This document shows, piece after piece, positions 59,401 through 64,000 of a stretch of DNA of 64,000 nt. Location: the NCBI GenBank assembly GCA_040830765.1, contig JBFOMH010000005.1:32001-96000 (forward strand), in the 5' to 3' direction. The notes beneath the pieces are model-generated. The model saw only the letters and a program-made list of their open reading frames with translations. It was not told where the DNA came from and made no database searches. The position numbers were made by a program, and so were the translations under genes. Positions within the stretch are counted from its first letter, which is position 1; every line of letters begins with the position of its first letter. The DNA is from Puniceicoccaceae bacterium (GTDB lineage Bacteria > Verrucomicrobiota > Verrucomicrobiia > Opitutales > Oceanipulchritudinaceae).

Positions 59401-59922
59401 CTAATCGCCGATCTGGACAATCAGTTCGATTTCCACAGCCGATCCAAGTGGCAGGGAACTGAACCCGCAAGCTGCCCGGGCATGACGGCCCTTTTCGCCA
59501 AAGACCTCCACCAGCAAGTCGGAACATCCGTTAATGACCTGGGAGTGGGAGGTGAAATCTGGAGCGGCATTGACCATCCCGAAGACCTTGACCACCCGGA
59601 CCACCTTGTCGAGGTCACCCAACTCGGCCTTCAACGTGGCCAGCAGGGCAATTGCTGACTGGCGGGCGGCGGCATAGCCGGCTTCCACATCCATGTCATC
59701 ACCCAGCTTGCCGGTAATAACGCCACCCTCCGCATCCCGTGGCAAATGGCCGGAAAGGAACAGAAGGTTACCCGTCCGCACTGCGCCAACATAGTTGGCA
59801 ATGGACGGACTGACTTCGGGGAGCTCAATGCCCAGGTTTGCCAGATTTTCCTCAGGAGAGGAAACTGCAGTCAGCGTGAATGAGAAAATGACCAGAAGGA
59901 GAATGATTGGATTACGTGCCAT
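59401..59922 (-). CDS. RidA/YjgF-family protein with hydrophobic N-terminal leader
   Basis: ANYV...TGNLLFLSG, VINGCSDL..EVFGE.GRHAR.A.G..SLP...VEIE. Confidence 0.88.
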   Translation of the reverse strand: MARNPIILLLVIFSFTLTAVSSPEENLANLGIELPEVSPSIANYVGAVRTGNLLFLSGHLPRDAEGGVITGKLGDDMDVEAGYAAARQSAIALLATLKAELGDLDKVVRVVKVFGMVNAAPDFTSHSQVINGCSDLLVEVFGEKGRHARAACGFSSLPLGSAVEIELIVQIGD

Positions 59923-59981
59923 AGGCAGCATTCAGTCAGGATCACTCCCCCGCTTCAATCAGCTTTTTCTGTCCTGTAAAC

Positions 59982-61061
59982 CTAGCTTGCGTCAGCCACC
60001 GCCTGAGCTTCCATCGACAAGGCTGCGGCAGCAAAACAATGTTCCTGGGTCATTGCCTCCTCTGTCCGGTTCAGGCAGTCGAGAATGAGCTGGCCATAGA
60101 AGGGGAATCCAATCTTCCCCTCGCAGGGGATCCGCTTCTCGCCCTCGTGATCAACCAGGTAGACGACCTGTGCTTCCTGCGGTTCATGCGTGATGTCATT
60201 GTATTTACGCACTTCGATGTATCCATCCGTGCCCAGAACAAAAGTCCGTCCATCACCCCATGAGCGGTGGCCCTTGGGATTGAACCAATCCATCCGGCAG
60301 TAGCAGGAGACCCCGTTATCGAGTGTCAGGGAGGCCTCCCCGAAATCCTCCAGTCCGGGCGTCTCCGGATTGGCGAAATTCTCAACCCGGGCAAAATTCA
60401 CGATCCCTGAACGGGCATTGGCGTAATAGAGAAATTGCTCGAACTGATGCGACCCGATGTCGGTCAGGATACCGCCATACTTTTCCTTTTCGAAAAACCA
60501 GGCCGGCCGGCTTTCTTTGGCCAGGTTATGTGGCGCCAGGATCAGGATTTGCAAGACCCGGCCAATGGCCCCGGAACGGATCAGCTCGCCGGCATACCAA
60601 CCCGCCTCCGTGTGCAGGCGTTCGGAAAAGTCGCACATGTACTTGCGGCCCGTTTCGGCAACCACACTTCGGGCTTCCTCCAGTTGCTCAAGCGTCGTGA
60701 AGGGGGATTTGTCGGTAAAATAATCCTTTCCGGCCCGCAGGGTCTGGAGGCCAATGGCGCAGCGATCAGATGGGACAGCGGCAGCGGTCACCAGGTGCAC
60801 TTCCGGATCGGCGAGGATTTGTTCATAGGACTCGGCTGCCTGCACGCCGGGATATTTCCGGCAAAAGTCCGCCAACCGCTCCGGATCCGGATCCCAGGCC
60901 CACTTGCAGATGCCTCCGGCTTCTGTCAGTCCATTGGTCTGGCCAAAGATATGCCCGTGGTCAAAGAAGGCGGCCGCAAAGACAAATTCCCCCGGCTGGA
61001 CCACCGGCTCCGGCTTGGCGGCCTTGGGGGCCCAGTTCATTCCATCACGTTCCTGGCTCAT
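59982..61061 (-). CDS. Gfo/Idh/MocA-family oxidoreductase
   Basis: HGHI, DKSP, YGGILTDIGSHQ, WGDGR. Confidence 0.85.
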   Translation of the reverse strand: MSQERDGMNWAPKAAKPEPVVQPGEFVFAAAFFDHGHIFGQTNGLTEAGGICKWAWDPDPERLADFCRKYPGVQAAESYEQILADPEVHLVTAAAVPSDRCAIGLQTLRAGKDYFTDKSPFTTLEQLEEARSVVAETGRKYMCDFSERLHTEAGWYAGELIRSGAIGRVLQILILAPHNLAKESRPAWFFEKEKYGGILTDIGSHQFEQFLYYANARSGIVNFARVENFANPETPGLEDFGEASLTLDNGVSCYCRMDWFNPKGHRSWGDGRTFVLGTDGYIEVRKYNDITHEPQEAQVVYLVDHEGEKRIPCEGKIGFPFYGQLILDCLNRTEEAMTQEHCFAAAALSMEAQAVADAS

Positions 61062-61065
61062 GGTT

Positions 61066-62226
61066 TTAAAAGGATTTGCTGAAGTCTTGCTCACCCGCCG
61101 AAGCCTTCTGCTCCGGTTTCACGTAGGTGGAGTTGCTTATTTTGTCCTGCAGGTTCTCCGCGTAGGCTGCTCCGTCGAGGGGAAGCTGGATCGTCGCACC
61201 CAGGTCGCTTGAGTGGATAATGGTGTTGGCCAGCTCAACCGAATGAATCCCTTCCGCTGCCGGTGCAATGAGAGGAGCATTCTCGAGAATGGCAGCCGTG
61301 AAATTCTTGAGGATGCCCACATGCTGCTCCCCTTTTCCTTCAAATTCAAAGCGCTCCTCGGTTGTTTCCGGTTTGTCAAAGTTCGTGGCGCACGCCTTGG
61401 AGAAACGGCTTGTTTCCGTCTCGTTGCGGAGCCACTCCAAGGTTGATCCCTCAAGGATCAAGCGGCCCCGCTCGGCAGCAATCTCCAGTCGGTTGGTTCC
61501 CGGAGCCTCGCCAGTCGTCGTGATGAGGACACCTTTCTTCCCATCATCATATTCCATGTAGGCGGTGACATCATCCTCCACTTCGATGTCATGGAAGCGG
61601 CCATATTCACAGAAGCCACGCACAGATGAAGGCATCCCGAAGAGCCATTGCCACAGGTCGAGCTGGTGGGGGCATTGGTTGAGGAGAACGCCACCCCCCT
61701 CGCCGCTCCAGGTTGCCCGCCAGCCCCCAGAGGCATAATACTGTTCTGTACGGAACCAGTCGGTCACCGTCCAGTTTACCCGGTTTATTCGTCCCAGCTC
61801 TCCTGAATCTATCAAATCCTTCAACTTCAGGTACTTCGGATCCGTCCGCTGGTTAAACATGGCTGCAAATACCTGCCCCTCCTTCTGATGCGCGGCCATG
61901 AGGCGCTCGCAATCCGCCTTGTGCACCGAAATCGGTTTTTCCACAAGAACGTGGAGACCCGCCTTGAGGGCCTCGATGCCGATATCGGTATGGGCATAGT
62001 GGGGCGTTGCAATCAAGACCGCGTCCACCGTTCCGGACTCAATGAGCTGACCTGCACTTTCGAAGATGGGCACTTCGGAATAGACCTCGGCGCGGTCACG
62101 TTTGGCATCCGCCAAAGCGCTCAATTTCAGTCCGGGCACTTTTCCGGCAAGAATGTTCTTCGCATGGACATTTCCCATAATGCCCAATCCTATTATGCCC
62201 AATCGAACCTCTGTACTTGAATTCAT
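61066..62226 (-). CDS. Gfo/Idh/MocA-family oxidoreductase
   Basis: GIIGLGIMG, IATPHYAH, HVLVEKP, GGGVLLNQCPHQLD. Confidence 0.9.
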   Translation of the reverse strand: MNSSTEVRLGIIGLGIMGNVHAKNILAGKVPGLKLSALADAKRDRAEVYSEVPIFESAGQLIESGTVDAVLIATPHYAHTDIGIEALKAGLHVLVEKPISVHKADCERLMAAHQKEGQVFAAMFNQRTDPKYLKLKDLIDSGELGRINRVNWTVTDWFRTEQYYASGGWRATWSGEGGGVLLNQCPHQLDLWQWLFGMPSSVRGFCEYGRFHDIEVEDDVTAYMEYDDGKKGVLITTTGEAPGTNRLEIAAERGRLILEGSTLEWLRNETETSRFSKACATNFDKPETTEERFEFEGKGEQHVGILKNFTAAILENAPLIAPAAEGIHSVELANTIIHSSDLGATIQLPLDGAAYAENLQDKISNSTYVKPEQKASAGEQDFSKSF

Positions 62227-62406
62227 TATCCTGATTGTTTTTTGGGGTTAACCTTTCTACGGGAAAACTGTCTAGTGGACCTTTTGGTGCCTGTCCATCA
62301 AAGGATATGGCAATCCCTTCAAAAAAGGGATCATCCAAGGTTTGACCACCGGGACAATATTTCAAAAATGTCCGCATGCACAGGAGGGACGTAAGCAGGC
62401 TGGACC

Positions 62407-63549
62407 ATGTTGGTTAAGGGAAGAAAGGCCCAGGCTGGCATCCTTGAAGATGGGAACGCCCTCCTGATAAACCTCGGGGGCAGTTGGTGCATCGGGTCCC
62501 AGTTGCCCGATACCCGGGGCATTGTCAGGCAAATAGAGGAAGCAGAAGGCGACAAACAGATCCAGTTCCTGCTGGAAAAGGGTATCCAATATGATACTGC
62601 GCTGGCCAGTTTCATCTTCCGCTTGGCCAGGATTGCTGAAATCAAGGGCTTCTCGATCGATCTCGACCCGCTTCCGGAGCAGTTGAAGCGGCTACTTGAA
62701 CTGGGCCGGAAAGTCCCGGAAAAGGAGGATGCTGCCAAAAAGACGGACGACGGCCCGGGTTGGGTGGCCCAGGTCGGGGCTGAGATGATTGAAAGAATCC
62801 GCGGCATGCTGGAAATTGCCACCTTCACCGGTGAATGGGTGCTGGCCTTCAGCAGACTGGTCAGTGGCAAGGCCCGGCTCCGCTGGGAGGACTTCTGGCA
62901 CATCCTGCGCACAGTCAGTCTGGATGCCCTGCCCATTGTCGCCCTGATCAGCTTTCTCGTCGGGGCCATAATTTCCTTTCTAGGTGCGGTTACCCTGAAA
63001 CAATTCGGGGCCGAATTTGCCGTCTCCTATCTGGTTGGCTACGGAATCCTCCGGGAAATGGGTGCCATCATGACCGGAATCATCCTCGCCGGGCGCACCG
63101 GGGCAGCCTTTGCCGCCCAAATCGGGAGCATGAAAATCAACGAGGAGATCGATGCCCTGCGCACCCTCGGCATTTCCCCGATCGAGTTCATCGTCCTCCC
63201 TCGCCTCCTTGCCCTATTCCTTATGATGCCGCTGCTGACACTCTACTCCAACGTCATTGGCATCCTCAGCGGCTGGGTTGTCGCGGAGGGCCTGATGGGC
63301 GTTCCCGGACCGGTCTTCTTTTCCGAAATGCAATCGGTCATCGGCTTGGAAGACTTTCTTTTGGGCATCTTCAAGTCCTTTGTCTTTGGCATCCTTGTCG
63401 CTACGGCCGGTTGTCTCCGCGGACTCCAGTGCGGTTCGGGCGCAGGTGCGGTCGGCATTGCGACAACCCGGGCAGTAGTCGCGGGTATCACCCTGATTGT
63501 TTTCTCCAATGCGGTCATTGACTGGGCCGCTGCAACCTTGGGCGTGTAG
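62407..63549 (+). CDS. mlaE: MlaE-family ABC transporter permease
   Basis: LREMGAIMTGIILAGRTGAAFAAQIGSMKINEEIDAL, VG.ATT.AVV. Confidence 0.88.
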   Translation: MLVKGRKAQAGILEDGNALLINLGGSWCIGSQLPDTRGIVRQIEEAEGDKQIQFLLEKGIQYDTALASFIFRLARIAEIKGFSIDLDPLPEQLKRLLELGRKVPEKEDAAKKTDDGPGWVAQVGAEMIERIRGMLEIATFTGEWVLAFSRLVSGKARLRWEDFWHILRTVSLDALPIVALISFLVGAIISFLGAVTLKQFGAEFAVSYLVGYGILREMGAIMTGIILAGRTGAAFAAQIGSMKINEEIDALRTLGISPIEFIVLPRLLALFLMMPLLTLYSNVIGILSGWVVAEGLMGVPGPVFFSEMQSVIGLEDFLLGIFKSFVFGILVATAGCLRGLQCGSGAGAVGIATTRAVVAGITLIVFSNAVIDWAAATLGV

Positions 63550-63550
63550 A

Positions 63551-64000
63551 ATGGCGGACAAGATTCAAATCAAAGTCGAAAACCTGACCATGGCCTACGG
63601 GAGCTTTGTCCTCCAGCGGGACCTCAACTTTGATGTCCGTAAAGGGGAAATCCTCACCATAATGGGCCCCAGTGGTTGTGGCAAAAGTTCGCTCCTCAAG
63701 CACATGCTCGGCCTGCTCGAGCCGGCTGAGGGAAAAATCCATTTTGGCAATGTCAGTTTCACCGATGCCCGTCGCAAGGTCCGTCAATCCATTCTGAGGC
63801 GCTGCGGAGTCCTCTATCAGAACGGTGCCCTGTGGAGTACCATGACGGTTGGGGAAAACGTCGCCCTCCCATTGCAGGAATTCACCAGCCTCAGCAAGGA
63901 CCGCATTGCCGAGATTGTTGATTTCAAGCTGTCAGTTGTCGGATTGAAAGGATTCGAGAAATACTTCCCATCCGAGCTCAGTGGCGGAATGCGCAAACGT
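63551..64000 (+). CDS. mlaF: MlaF-family ABC transporter ATP-binding protein (runs off window end)
   Basis: ATG 63551: MADKIQIKVENLTMAYG...GPSGCGKS...PSELSGGMRKR. Confidence 0.85.
   Translation, partial: MADKIQIKVENLTMAYGSFVLQRDLNFDVRKGEILTIMGPSGCGKSSLLKHMLGLLEPAEGKIHFGNVSFTDARRKVRQSILRRCGVLYQNGALWSTMTVGENVALPLQEFTSLSKDRIAEIVDFKLSVVGLKGFEKYFPSELSGGMRKR

Overview
A gene-dense, moderately GC-rich bacterial chromosome segment. Gene content and protein style suggest Verrucomicrobiota, possibly Opitutia/Puniceicoccaceae-like; this is inference and was not checked. Core genes: AddA/AddB-type helicase-nuclease pair, raiA/hpf, an RluA-family gene, tRNA-Ile2(CAT) and the start of an MlaE/MlaF ABC locus. 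Accessory content: an octaheme cytochrome c-TPR protein; a compact sulfur operon (ArsR-SQR-TusE-DsrE2-FadL-like porin-two redoxins); a VapBC pair; a glycerol/glycerophosphate-type cluster; a DUF4266/DUF3570-like/redoxin triplet; and many secreted carbohydrate-active or adhesin-like proteins. The most striking observation is a shared Trp/Tyr-rich C-terminal domain (W[AG]G..DT..[WFL][LM]GW[LIV].[VI]...PW...W.Y..E....G.W.Y). It ends five unrelated, probably exported proteins, also occurs as a free-standing orphan ORF, and has two more distant relatives. It sits where PEP-CTERM tails normally sit, so it is a candidate surface-sorting/anchoring module that I do not recognise as a named family. A second Verrucomicrobia-style S-x-[DN]-L-x-x-W...F-x-R module occurs on three other proteins. 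No integrase, transposase, CRISPR array or reverse transcriptase was seen.
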